A stretch of 64,000 nt of DNA from a virus (Duplodnaviria; Caudoviricetes): IMG/VR virus record IMGVR_UViG_3300039076_000082, positions 1-64,000 of that record; one strand, written 5' to 3'. Of this stretch, positions 1 through 7,496 are shown piece by piece. How positions within the stretch are numbered: the first letter of the stretch is position 1; each line of letters begins with the position of its first letter. Both the position numbers and the translations under genes were made by a program. The notes beneath the pieces were generated by a model. The model had not been told where the DNA came from and made no database searches. It was given only the letters and a program-made list of their open reading frames with translations.

Positions 1-2
1 TA

Positions 3-149
3 GGAGATAACTTTGTAAGTGTTGGCGGTTACTACGGTAACGGCTACCATGGAGAGCTAACTAAGATTTATGTAAAGCATCACGTCTTTGACCATACCGA
101 GCTAAATAAGTTAGGCTATGGAATAGTAGTAAAGGGGAGGGTAATATGA
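3..149 (+). CDS. 3' end of hypothetical protein running in from outside the window
   Basis: Open frame GDNFVSVGG...VKGRVI to TGA 147-149; stop overlaps the next ATG (ATGA coupling); not in ORF track. Confidence 0.5.
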   Translation, partial: GDNFVSVGGYYGNGYHGELTKIYVKHHVFDHTELNKLGYGIVVKGRVI

Positions 150-238
150 CTAGACAATTTGTAAATATTGAGGTGTTATTTGTAGTAACAATGCTATTGG
201 CTATGATTGGTCCAGTAGTTGAATATCTAGTGAGGTAA
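146..238 (+). CDS. Small hydrophobic peptide (30 aa)
   Basis: GGAGG SD, ATG 146, MTRQFVNIEVLFVVTMLLAMIGPVVEYLVR. Confidence 0.4.
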   Translation: MTRQFVNIEVLFVVTMLLAMIGPVVEYLVR

Positions 239-265
239 TTATCTAACACATTCTATAAAGCTATT

Positions 266-289
266 AGCCCCTATTACAGGGGCTTTTTT
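266..289 (+). terminator. Rho-independent terminator
   Basis: AGCCCCT-ATTAC-AGGGGCT hairpin followed by a T run. Confidence 0.75.
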
Positions 290-362
290 GCATCTACTTA
301 GGCTACCCTACTTACAGTATATCTAAATCGATTTAAAGGGCTATTAAAGCTTGTTTGATGCT

Positions 363-392
363 ATTGTATCATGGAGAGTAGTAGTTTGTCAA
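363..392 (-). promoter_or_regulatory. Leftward sigma70-type promoter
   Basis: TTGACA (392-387), 18 nt spacer, TACAAT (368-363). Confidence 0.4.
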
Positions 393-425
393 GAGAGAAA
401 AGCGATAGTAAAAGAGAGATAATAG

Positions 426-454
426 TTGACTTTTCATTGGAGAAATGAGATAAT
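426..454 (+). promoter_or_regulatory. Rightward sigma70-type promoter into the non-coding AT-rich region
   Basis: TTGACT, 17 nt spacer, GATAAT preceded by TG. Confidence 0.45.
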
Positions 455-528
455 TTTTTTACAAAGAGTTTCTAACCTAATTTCTTCTAGGTTAATCCAT
501 CTTTAAACCCTACCTTAAAACACTTCCT

Positions 529-562
529 ATAGCTCTTATTGATCCTAATCAATAGGAGCTAT
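529..562. repeat. 15-bp inverted repeat / hairpin
   Basis: ATAGCTCTTATTGAT-CCTA-ATCAATAGGAGCTAT (one G-U), followed by CCCTTTTCTT. Confidence 0.65.
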
Positions 563-599
563 CCCTTTTCTTCCTATTCTAGAGTACTTAGTTAACTGA

Positions 600-760
600 T
601 TTCTTTATTGCTTTTAGTTGGAATTTATAATACACTATAATAAGTTACTTACTACTTTTTACTATTTTATTATTACTTCTTTCTTTTTACTTGTTACTAC
701 TTACTTATTTATTATTACTGTTTAATTATTACTTATTAATAGGTCTAAAATTAATAGTTA
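600..760. repeat. Strand-skewed AT-rich low-complexity tract with TTACT/TATTATTACT repeats
   Basis: Very T-rich, G-poor + strand with recurring TTACT and ATTATTACT units; no ORF. Confidence 0.5.
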
Positions 761-815
761 ACTACTTGTAAATGGATATTTTGAAGTGGGATTCTGATAA
801 GTTAGATATTGAGAG

Positions 816-1478
816 CTATTGAATATTTCTGTTAAAAACCGTTAAAAGTCTTTCATTAATCCTTTTAAGTTTACCAACAATTTTGAAACTTTTATTGAAT
901 TGTGGATTGTAGTTTTGCCTGAAATAGTCAAATTTATTAACTATTTTATGAATAGCTAAGATATTGTTTTCTTGCTCAGAAGATAGGGTATTAATTGAAT
1001 TAGTATCGTCGTATATTTCTCCAGTAATAAAGCCTATAACTTGCTTCTGTTGTTCAATTAAGTCAGAAGTGAGATAGCTAAGTATTGTCTCATTCTTTAC
1101 AGTACACACCATTACTTCATTCCTTTTTCTTTTAAGCTTTTGAATAGATACTAAGCTTTTAGAAATTGTGCTAATAAATAACTTATATTGGTTGTTGTCT
1201 ATCTTGACTCTATTTTTATGGTTGCAATCGTTATCAACAAGATCAATTAATGTTTTCCTAGTTAAGATAAACACTTTCCTATTTTGAGTCAATATCCCAT
1301 TCATTAGACTTATAGAAGCTTTAGTTATCCAATGTTTATTATTACATTCCTTGTATTCTTCTAACATCATTCTGCTAAGTTTATTTGATTTAGGTAATTT
1401 ATTATAATCAGTAGTACTTACTAACGTGTAAGATGATTCTGCTATATTTGATTCTATTAAGTTAGTAATGTTACCCAT
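816..1478 (-). CDS. Hypothetical basic protein; only substantial - strand gene of the left arm
   Basis: 220 aa ORF with its own promoter; no recognisable motif. Confidence 0.7.
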   Translation of the reverse strand: MGNITNLIESNIAESSYTLVSTTDYNKLPKSNKLSRMMLEEYKECNNKHWITKASISLMNGILTQNRKVFILTRKTLIDLVDNDCNHKNRVKIDNNQYKLFISTISKSLVSIQKLKRKRNEVMVCTVKNETILSYLTSDLIEQQKQVIGFITGEIYDDTNSINTLSSEQENNILAIHKIVNKFDYFRQNYNPQFNKSFKIVGKLKRINERLLTVFNRNIQ

Positions 1479-1497
1479 ATTATTCTATCCTATAAAT

Positions 1498-1525
1498 AGT
1501 GTAAACTTTTAAATAACTTTGTCAA
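1498..1525 (-). promoter_or_regulatory. Promoter for the 816-1478 gene
   Basis: TTGACA (1525-1520), 16 nt spacer, TACACT (1503-1498). Confidence 0.6.
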
Positions 1526-1539
1526 GCTTTAATTAGCTA

Positions 1540-1568
1540 TTGACAATACTAACGCATTGCGTTATAAT
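1540..1568 (+). promoter_or_regulatory. Consensus sigma70 early promoter with palindrome AACGCATTGCGTT (1551-1563)
   Basis: TTGACA-17-TATAAT. Confidence 0.9.
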
Positions 1569-1598
1569 AGCATTAAGAAACAAAACAATGAGGCGTTT

Positions 1599-1856
1599 AT
1601 GAATATCGATACTTGGACTAAACTTAACCAAAATATTAAAAGTATGATGATTAAAAATGGATTAACTGTTGAGGATATTTCATCAGAAGTTACAGGTGAG
1701 CTAAATGAATTAGCTATAAAAACAGAATACGGCTGGGAAACTTTATTCTACGGTAACAAAGAAGCATTTATAACCGTAAACGTTGATGGTATTGATTATT
1801 CATTCAGTTACGTTATAGATACTTACGGAGATAAAAGTTACATTGTCAATTTCTAA
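1599..1856 (+). CDS. Hypothetical early protein
   Basis: ATG 1599 after GAGG; the track's 1557 start lies inside the promoter. Confidence 0.7.
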   Translation: MNIDTWTKLNQNIKSMMIKNGLTVEDISSEVTGELNELAIKTEYGWETLFYGNKEAFITVNVDGIDYSFSYVIDTYGDKSYIVNF

Positions 1857-1882
1857 CTAATACTAATTAAGAGGAGAATTTT

Positions 1883-1989
1883 ATGAGTCAATATTTAACA
1901 GAGTAATTTGCGGTCAAACACTAAACGAACTAATAAAAATTATTGAGTCGAATAAGTATTGCGTAAACTATTTAAGATATGAGGTTTAA
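1883..1989 (+). pseudogene. Small frameshifted ORF (or assembly error)
   Basis: GAGGAG SD + ATG gives only MSQYLTE*, but a shifted frame reads FNRVICGQTLNEL...RYEV* up to the next gene. Confidence 0.35.
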
Positions 1990-1991
1990 TC

Positions 1992-2321
1992 ATGGGACCG
2001 TATTGTAAACATTGTGATAGTAGATGCTTTATTCCTACTACTAAAGATGATTTTATTAAAACTGATTTAAAAGCAACTTGCGAAAAAGGAATATTACAAG
2101 ATCTAGACGCTACTTATATTCCTATTTTAAAAGACAATAAACGCATATTTTGGCTATTAGAGGTTAAACCTTATGATGAGTATAGCCTAGCACTAGAATT
2201 AGTAAATAATGAGCCAATGCCTATTGAGATTAAAACGTCAGAGTTATCTTACATAATAAATTTATCAAATTTAGAATTATACAATATGCTAGGAAGAAGA
2301 GATTATTATAGATTAAAATAA
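1992..2321 (+). CDS. Hypothetical protein with N-terminal CxxC
   Basis: 109 aa, GAGG SD. Confidence 0.7.
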   Translation: MGPYCKHCDSRCFIPTTKDDFIKTDLKATCEKGILQDLDATYIPILKDNKRIFWLLEVKPYDEYSLALELVNNEPMPIEIKTSELSYIINLSNLELYNMLGRRDYYRLK

Positions 2322-2324
2322 TTA

Positions 2325-2353
2325 TTGACAATATTAACACAATGCGTTATACT
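2325..2353 (+). promoter_or_regulatory. Early promoter with operator-like AACACAATGCGTT
   Basis: TTGACA-17-TATACT. Confidence 0.85.
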
Positions 2354-2383
2354 TTAATTAGAACTACAACAAAGGATAGCAAA

Positions 2384-2584
2384 ATGAAATATCAAGGTAA
2401 AGTTCTTTGGACTAGCTTAAAAGACGGTAACGGTATTATTTTAGTTAACGATAAAGTCGAAGTCTATTTTGACAAGTCAGTAAGTAAACAGTTTCAAGAT
2501 ATGAAAAGACATGACCTAGTTGAGTTTGAAGTTAGACAAACAGGCGGTTGTAATTGTGCTTTTAATGTTGAGATAGTAGGATAG
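2384..2584 (+). CDS. Cold-shock-domain (OB-fold) protein, degenerate RNP motifs
   Basis: MKYQGKVLW..KDGNGII..VEVYFD..DLVEFEV..AFNV follows the CspA pattern; 66 aa from ATG 2384. Confidence 0.7.
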   Translation: MKYQGKVLWTSLKDGNGIILVNDKVEVYFDKSVSKQFQDMKRHDLVEFEVRQTGGCNCAFNVEIVG

Positions 2585-2587
2585 TTA

Positions 2588-2616
2588 TTGACGCATTGCA
2601 TTAATTCCTGTATACT
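2588..2616 (+). promoter_or_regulatory. Early promoter with operator-like GACGCATTGCATT
   Basis: TTGACG-17-TATACT. Confidence 0.8.
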
Positions 2617-2646
2617 GTTAATAGGACTACAACAGAGGATAATAAA

Positions 2647-2886
2647 ATGAACTTAGACAATAACAAATTCTTTCTAACTTTTGCAGAATGTTTAAAAAAG
2701 AATATGATAGCTAATCCTGAGCTATACAGTAAGTCTTATGAAGAAACTTTACAAGCTTATAAAGCTATTAAATTTGAAAAGTTTACTTACGACAAAGATA
2801 GTAAATCGATTAAAGATACTTGTAAAATACTAGGAATTAAAAATACTTATTTAGCAATTGATACTTACTTGAAAAACAATCAATAA
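2647..2886 (+). CDS. Hypothetical protein
   Basis: 79 aa, GAGG SD. Confidence 0.7.
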   Translation: MNLDNNKFFLTFAECLKKNMIANPELYSKSYEETLQAYKAIKFEKFTYDKDSKSIKDTCKILGIKNTYLAIDTYLKNNQ

Positions 2887-2897
2887 TAGAGGTAGTT

Positions 2898-3215
2898 ATG
2901 TATATTCGCAAAAAATTCGCATTAAAGAAAACTAGACTTCATAGTGATGATAGTTCGGATACAAAAGCTTATTGTGAAAAAGGTACAGTCTATTATCAAA
3001 TTAGCAACGGTACTATCGGAAAAGGTGCTAGAAGCTATAATATGAGCGAGAAAGCTATGCAAGAACTAATCAATAGCAAAGCTAGTAACTGGAATAAGAA
3101 CGGCTATATTGAGTTAGAAGAAGTTAAAAGTAATGTGATTCAATTTCCTAAAAAAGAAGTAGAATATAGTATAGAGGCTGATAGGTTATTCACTTATGAC
3201 GATATTCCATTTTAG
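2898..3215 (+). CDS. Hypothetical protein with SSB-like C-terminal tail (YDDIPF)
   Basis: 105 aa, GAGG SD, terminal DDIPF. Confidence 0.7.
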   Translation: MYIRKKFALKKTRLHSDDSSDTKAYCEKGTVYYQISNGTIGKGARSYNMSEKAMQELINSKASNWNKNGYIELEEVKSNVIQFPKKEVEYSIEADRLFTYDDIPF

Positions 3216-3218
3216 TAG

Positions 3219-3246
3219 TTGACTTATTGACGCAATATGTTATTAT
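3219..3246 (+). promoter_or_regulatory. Early promoter with operator-like GACGCAATATGTT
   Basis: TTGACT-16-TATTAT; second TTGACG at 3227. Confidence 0.65.
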
Positions 3247-3275
3247 CAATTAACGGCTAACAAACGGAGCATAAT

Positions 3276-3791
3276 ATGAAATATGAAACACTTCAAAAAT
3301 TACTTAAGTTCTCAATTTCAAAAGATGAAACTAGACCTTATTTGAACGGAGTCTATTTTGACTCTAAACTTGAGCAAGCTGTATCAACGGATGGATACAT
3401 TATGACAGTTTCAAAACGCTTATATGTTCCAGAATTTGCCGATAAGATTATCAACTTCAATGATATGAATGTTTGTGATAGAGAGTTTTTAAAATATAGC
3501 TCAATTCTTCCTAGAAAGTTTGAAGGTGAGTTTATGGTAACTATCCCTAAAGCTGATCCAATTATTAAAGGTAAAAATGAAAGACAATATGGATTTTTTC
3601 TTAAAAAAGATCAAACGTGGGAAATTGCAATCAATCCACCACAAGATATTATTTGTAAACTTAATCCTCATTTCCTTAAACCGTTGCAAGGATTGACCAT
3701 CAAAGTAAAATATAATGGTGAACTTAATCCTGTAGTATTTGAATTAGTCGAAGATGATACTATCTATGTTGTAATGCCTATTAAAGTTTAG
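3276..3791 (+). CDS. Truncated DNA polymerase III beta-clamp-like protein
   Basis: DETRPYLNGVYF, VSTDGY and terminal YVVMPIKV match DnaN segments DVRYYLNG, VATDGH and YVVMPMRL; only 171 aa. Confidence 0.8.
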   Translation: MKYETLQKLLKFSISKDETRPYLNGVYFDSKLEQAVSTDGYIMTVSKRLYVPEFADKIINFNDMNVCDREFLKYSSILPRKFEGEFMVTIPKADPIIKGKNERQYGFFLKKDQTWEIAINPPQDIICKLNPHFLKPLQGLTIKVKYNGELNPVVFELVEDDTIYVVMPIKV

Positions 3792-3802
3792 GAAGGTAGT
3801 TT

Positions 3803-3883
3803 ATGAGAGTAATAAGAAGTTACAAAACTAGGTGTCCTGATTGTGGTTCTAGGTTAGGAATAGACGAAAAATGTAGATGTTAG
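3803..3883 (+). CDS. Tiny Cys-rich peptide
   Basis: MRVIRSYKTRCPDCGSRLGIDEKCRC after an AGG/GAAGG SD. Confidence 0.35.
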   Translation: MRVIRSYKTRCPDCGSRLGIDEKCRC

Positions 3884-3894
3884 GAGTGTGATTT

Positions 3895-4311
3895 ATGTTT
3901 CAAATTACATTAAAAAGTGAAAAATACTTAAAGCGACTACCTGATAGATATTTTGATGGGAGCTATAATGTTTCAAAAAATCTTACTTTAAATGAAGCCA
4001 AGTCAGTTTTAAGTTATTTTAAGTTAGTTAAAATAGGAAACTTGTTATATAATGAAAATGAGACTGAAATAGTAGGGAATATTGAAAAAGTTGAACTAAA
4101 TATAAAAACTACTAAAAAAGATAAGTATATCAGATTAACTAGAGCTATTGTACCAGTAGAATTAGTGAGTCTATCCGAAATTGAAAAATCCCATATAATC
4201 AAAGTCAATGAGTATACATCAAATAAGACACAAGCCTCTGAAATATTGGGAATAACACTTAGAACATTATACAATAAAATAGAAGCTTACAACATACAAT
4301 GGAAAGATTGA
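3895..4311 (+). CDS. Protein with C-terminal Fis-type (HTH_8) helix-turn-helix
   Basis: NKTQASEILGITLRTLYNKI matches the NtrC/Fis HTH. Confidence 0.8.
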   Translation: MFQITLKSEKYLKRLPDRYFDGSYNVSKNLTLNEAKSVLSYFKLVKIGNLLYNENETEIVGNIEKVELNIKTTKKDKYIRLTRAIVPVELVSLSEIEKSHIIKVNEYTSNKTQASEILGITLRTLYNKIEAYNIQWKD

Positions 4312-4336
4312 CAAACTTAACATAGTGCGTTAATAT
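4308..4336 (+). promoter_or_regulatory. Early promoter with operator-like AACATAGTGCGTT
   Basis: TTGACA-17-TAATAT. Confidence 0.8.
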
Positions 4337-4363
4337 TAGTTAACAACTAATCGTGAGGTAGTT

Positions 4364-4630
4364 ATGAACTTTGAAGAAGCACTAACTAAAAAGCAATTAC
4401 TTGAATCAAAAGTTGATGAGTATTCGGATAAGTTGAGAGAATTAGTTGCTAATGACAGGAATAGTCTAGGATTGACTAGCGACTCAATAAAAAATGCCCT
4501 TGAATATAAAAGAACTAAACATAGCTACAATCAAGCTTTTAGAGAATTAAGAGAATTTAACGCATATTATGTAAAACAGTTTAAAGCTGAAATAGCAGAA
4601 CTAAGGAAAAGGAAGTATGACGCGGATTAA
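4364..4630 (+). CDS. Hypothetical helical protein
   Basis: 88 aa, GAGG SD. Confidence 0.7.
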   Translation: MNFEEALTKKQLLESKVDEYSDKLRELVANDRNSLGLTSDSIKNALEYKRTKHSYNQAFRELREFNAYYVKQFKAEIAELRKRKYDAD

Positions 4631-4991
4631 TTTGGTCAATCCAAAAGAATTATCACAACTTCATTTGATAGCGGAATATCGAGAGATATCTAGACTCCCT
4701 AAGAACTTAGATAAAAGTCTTAACCGTAAAGGTAAACCATTTTCATTAACTGAAATTCCTACCGAGTATACTCTAGGTAAAGGTCATGTCAAATTCTTTT
4801 TTTGTCGCATGCTATTCCTTAAAAAGCGTTATGAAGCTCTAATAGCTGAAATGCTGAGTCGAGGCTATAACCCTACATTCAGAGATAGCTCTATATTTGA
4901 AAACTGCCCTAAAGAGTTTTATAACGACTATACGCCGACTATTGAAGCTATTGAGATCAACCGTCAAAGAATTAAAGAACGTACTAAATAA
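4617..4991 (+). CDS. denV: Pyrimidine-dimer DNA glycosylase (T4 endonuclease V family)
   Basis: MTRINL...HLIAEYREISRL...LGKGHVKFF...LIAEMLSRG, closely following T4 DenV. Confidence 0.95.
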   Translation: MTRINLVNPKELSQLHLIAEYREISRLPKNLDKSLNRKGKPFSLTEIPTEYTLGKGHVKFFFCRMLFLKKRYEALIAEMLSRGYNPTFRDSSIFENCPKEFYNDYTPTIEAIEINRQRIKERTK

Positions 4992-4993
4992 TA

Positions 4994-5022
4994 TTGACAC
5001 ACCGCATAAATAATGCTACAAT
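4994..5022 (+). promoter_or_regulatory. Early promoter
   Basis: TTGACA-17-TACAAT; partial CGCA half-site in the spacer. Confidence 0.8.
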
Positions 5023-5049
5023 AGTTTCAGGACCAACGAGGAGTTGTAA

Positions 5050-5538
5050 ATGAAAACATTACTTATCTTAGCTAGCTTATTGTTTGTATCTTGTGGTAAT
5101 AATACTCAAATACTAGAAAACAAATACGACGATACTCAAATACAAGCTATTCTAGTTATTCAAGATGCTAGAATTAAAGCATTAGAAGCGAGAATTGATG
5201 CTTATATTACTGATTTTGATTTAGTTACTATCGAGTTTAGTGAAAAGCTAAGTAATTTAGAAACTAATTTAGCCAACAGAGATGAGATTTTAGAAAACAA
5301 TATTCAACTTGTAAATACCGCTTTAGGTGATTTGCAAGGTAAACAGATTGAAGCATTGAAAATCTGCTCAAGTAACGAGCATTTGATTAAGCAAGGGAAT
5401 AACTTTTACGCAGTTTACATGGTGAGTAATAATTATGGGACTTTCCTAGGTAAGTTAGCTGAGAACGTGGTATATAGAACAACGGATAATGTTGGTGCTA
5501 ATTTTAAAATTATTAATAATAGAATTGTTTGTCAATAG
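5050..5538 (+). CDS. Coiled-coil lipoprotein
   Basis: Signal peptide with lipobox-like FVS-C, then heptad region. Confidence 0.7.
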   Translation: MKTLLILASLLFVSCGNNTQILENKYDDTQIQAILVIQDARIKALEARIDAYITDFDLVTIEFSEKLSNLETNLANRDEILENNIQLVNTALGDLQGKQIEALKICSSNEHLIKQGNNFYAVYMVSNNYGTFLGKLAENVVYRTTDNVGANFKIINNRIVCQ

Positions 5539-5546
5539 AGGTTAGT

Positions 5547-5714
5547 ATGATTACTTTAATGATTTTTTCACTAATAGCTAAGTTTGCGTTATCAATTTTA
5601 ATGATTATTGTAGGACTAAGAGAGCTATCACTGAGTCATAAAGGAAGTAGAGTATTTATTGGGACTTTCTTAGTATTTGTCGGAGTTATTGGCTACGTTA
5701 GTAGTTTCTTTTAG
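5547..5714 (+). CDS. Small membrane protein (2 TM)
   Basis: Two hydrophobic segments; GAGG SD before ATG 5547. Confidence 0.6.
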   Translation: MITLMIFSLIAKFALSILMIIVGLRELSLSHKGSRVFIGTFLVFVGVIGYVSSFF

Positions 5715-5723
5715 GAGGTTGCT

Positions 5724-6065
5724 ATGAAATATAAGATAGGAGATACTTTTGTTGCTAAAAATGTTGATTACATGAGAGACTTTGTAAGTTATAAGATTAT
5801 CGATAAAGATCCTATAAACGGATACAAACTATCATACGAAAATAGCTATTTTCAAGATGGTTGGGTTTTTGAAACTCTTATTGATTCTGATATTAGAAAA
5901 GGGTATGTAGAATTACAAGTTGAACCTAGACAGGCTTTTTATGCAGGATACGATAAACCTGAACCAATTAAAGTGTGCTCCCATTTAAACAAAAAGAAAG
6001 TGCTAATGATTACAAGTTCATTTTACTTATGTGAGTCGTGCGGTCTAGATCTAGGAGATGCTTAA
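5724..6065 (+). CDS. Hypothetical protein with C-terminal Zn-finger-like motif
   Basis: GGAGG SD; CSH...CESCG. Confidence 0.7.
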   Translation: MKYKIGDTFVAKNVDYMRDFVSYKIIDKDPINGYKLSYENSYFQDGWVFETLIDSDIRKGYVELQVEPRQAFYAGYDKPEPIKVCSHLNKKKVLMITSSFYLCESCGLDLGDA

Positions 6066-6306
6066 AATGAAAATTAAACGTCATAAAAATCGCAAACTCT
6101 ACTCATATACTCTAAGTAAATGGGTCACTATGTTAGAACTATTACAACTATATAAAACCAATCAGGAAATGGAAATTGTTGACCATGAAGGTAACAATAT
6201 TACTGATAGGACTTTACTTTCCGCTTTATTTGAAGTAGAATCTATGCAAGGCGTAAGTAGAGACGAGCTAAACAGGAGAGTATTCAATGAAGGTAAAACG
6301 GTTTAA
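6058..6306 (+). CDS. PhaR/PHB-regulator N-terminal DNA-binding-domain-like protein
   Basis: IKRHKNRKLY...SKWVTM...IVDHEGNNITDRTL resembles PhaR IKKYPNRRLY...SxYIT...VVDAKTGEDLTRxIL. Confidence 0.7.
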   Translation: MLKMKIKRHKNRKLYSYTLSKWVTMLELLQLYKTNQEMEIVDHEGNNITDRTLLSALFEVESMQGVSRDELNRRVFNEGKTV

Positions 6307-6472
6307 AGTAGGTAACAAGTACTTGTATACGTTTATTGACCATAAAAATGAGTTTACTTTTAGGAAGAAAAACAATAACATTATGATGTGGACAAAGAAA
6401 GAGATTGTTTACTTACAGAAAGCTTTGAATGTAATGGGTCAAGAATACATTAGACAGTATTACTGTAAATAG
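6287..6472 (+). CDS. Hypothetical protein
   Basis: 61 aa, coupled to neighbours. Confidence 0.55.
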   Translation: MKVKRFKVGNKYLYTFIDHKNEFTFRKKNNNIMMWTKKEIVYLQKALNVMGQEYIRQYYCK

Positions 6473-6481
6473 GAGATAAAT

Positions 6482-6859
6482 ATGACTAGACAAGAATCTA
6501 TTAATAAAATTAAAACTGCTTTTGAGAATAAGCAACTAGGATTTCAAAAAGGTGCTATGTCCTGTAAATACTATTGTGCAATTTCAGATAGTCATTGTGC
6601 GATTGGAGTTTTAATCGGTAAAGATCAGGAATTGATTAATGAATCGGGAGATATTCATCTTCCACTAAAAGACATTAAAGAGTCAAAAATTGAATTAGCT
6701 TTAGACAGAGACAAAAAAAGTGAAATGTTTGGACTATCTAGAAATGAACTACAGTCTTTACAAGAACTTCATGATAATTGCGTAGGTAAGAATTTATATG
6801 GAGATATATTGAATCAGAGAATTGAAGAATTTAAAAACTATTTATATAGCTTAAAATAA
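6482..6859 (+). CDS. Hypothetical protein
   Basis: 125 aa, AGGAG SD. Confidence 0.7.
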   Translation: MTRQESINKIKTAFENKQLGFQKGAMSCKYYCAISDSHCAIGVLIGKDQELINESGDIHLPLKDIKESKIELALDRDKKSEMFGLSRNELQSLQELHDNCVGKNLYGDILNQRIEEFKNYLYSLK

Positions 6860-6869
6860 GGATTATTAT

Positions 6870-7055
6870 ATGAAAGTAAATAAAGAAGAGTTTGAAGTAC
6901 TACTAAAGAATCATGATTGGTACTATCATAACAGTGATAGTATGAAAGTATTCGATAAAGGCGATAGAGAGCATAAAACTATTATGTATCTAATGAAGGA
7001 TAACGCAGAGTTTAAAAGCTTGTATGAAGAGTATAAAGCTAAATTTCAAGTATAG
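6870..7055 (+). CDS. Hypothetical protein (HDWYY motif)
   Basis: 61 aa, AGG SD. Confidence 0.65.
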   Translation: MKVNKEEFEVLLKNHDWYYHNSDSMKVFDKGDREHKTIMYLMKDNAEFKSLYEEYKAKFQV

Positions 7056-7056
7056 C

Positions 7057-7085
7057 TTGACTAGTAAATAAAGTTATACTATTAT
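7057..7085 (+). promoter_or_regulatory. sigma70-type promoter
   Basis: TTGACT-17-TATTAT. Confidence 0.7.
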
Positions 7086-7185
7086 AGCTAGAGGTTTGTT
7101 TATGGATGATAGCTGGTTTGAGTTTATTATAAGTGTTGTCGGAAGTGGAATTATATTACTATTGTTATTTAACTAGGAGATGTTT

Positions 7186-7305
7186 ATGAAAGTTATTATT
7201 TTATGTGTTATTATGTCTACGTTACTTGTTAGTTGTTCAAGTACTGTAAAGAAAAAGAATCAGTTACCGAGTAAAGTTACTACAGAAGCTAGAGACAGAA
7301 ACTAA
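7186..7305 (+). CDS. Small lipoprotein (39 aa)
   Basis: AGGAG SD; MKVIILCVIMSTLLVS-C lipobox; not in track. Confidence 0.5.
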   Translation: MKVIILCVIMSTLLVSCSSTVKKKNQLPSKVTTEARDRN

Positions 7306-7322
7306 TTTTGGAGGTAAGTACC

Positions 7323-7496
7323 ATGATTACTAAGCTAATAGAGACAATTATTACTTTGCTATATGTTAGTGGTTCAACTTGTTTTTACTTAGCTTACATG
7401 ATGCTTACCTTTGTTTTCTTTGTCCCATTATACTTCTATGCTCAATTGGGAGCTTTCTACTATAGAGTGAGATATAAGCCGTGCCGATCAATTTAA
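7323..7496 (+). CDS. Small membrane protein
   Basis: GGAGG SD before ATG 7323; hydrophobic. Confidence 0.55.
   Translation: MITKLIETIITLLYVSGSTCFYLAYMMLTFVFFVPLYFYAQLGAFYYRVRYKPCRSI

Noticed and set aside
61-249. Minus-strand 62-aa ORF
   Set aside because: Shadow of two SD-led + strand ORFs that end before a + strand terminator
600-760. CRISPR or regular tandem repeat
   Set aside because: Units are short, irregular and low-complexity, without spacer periodicity
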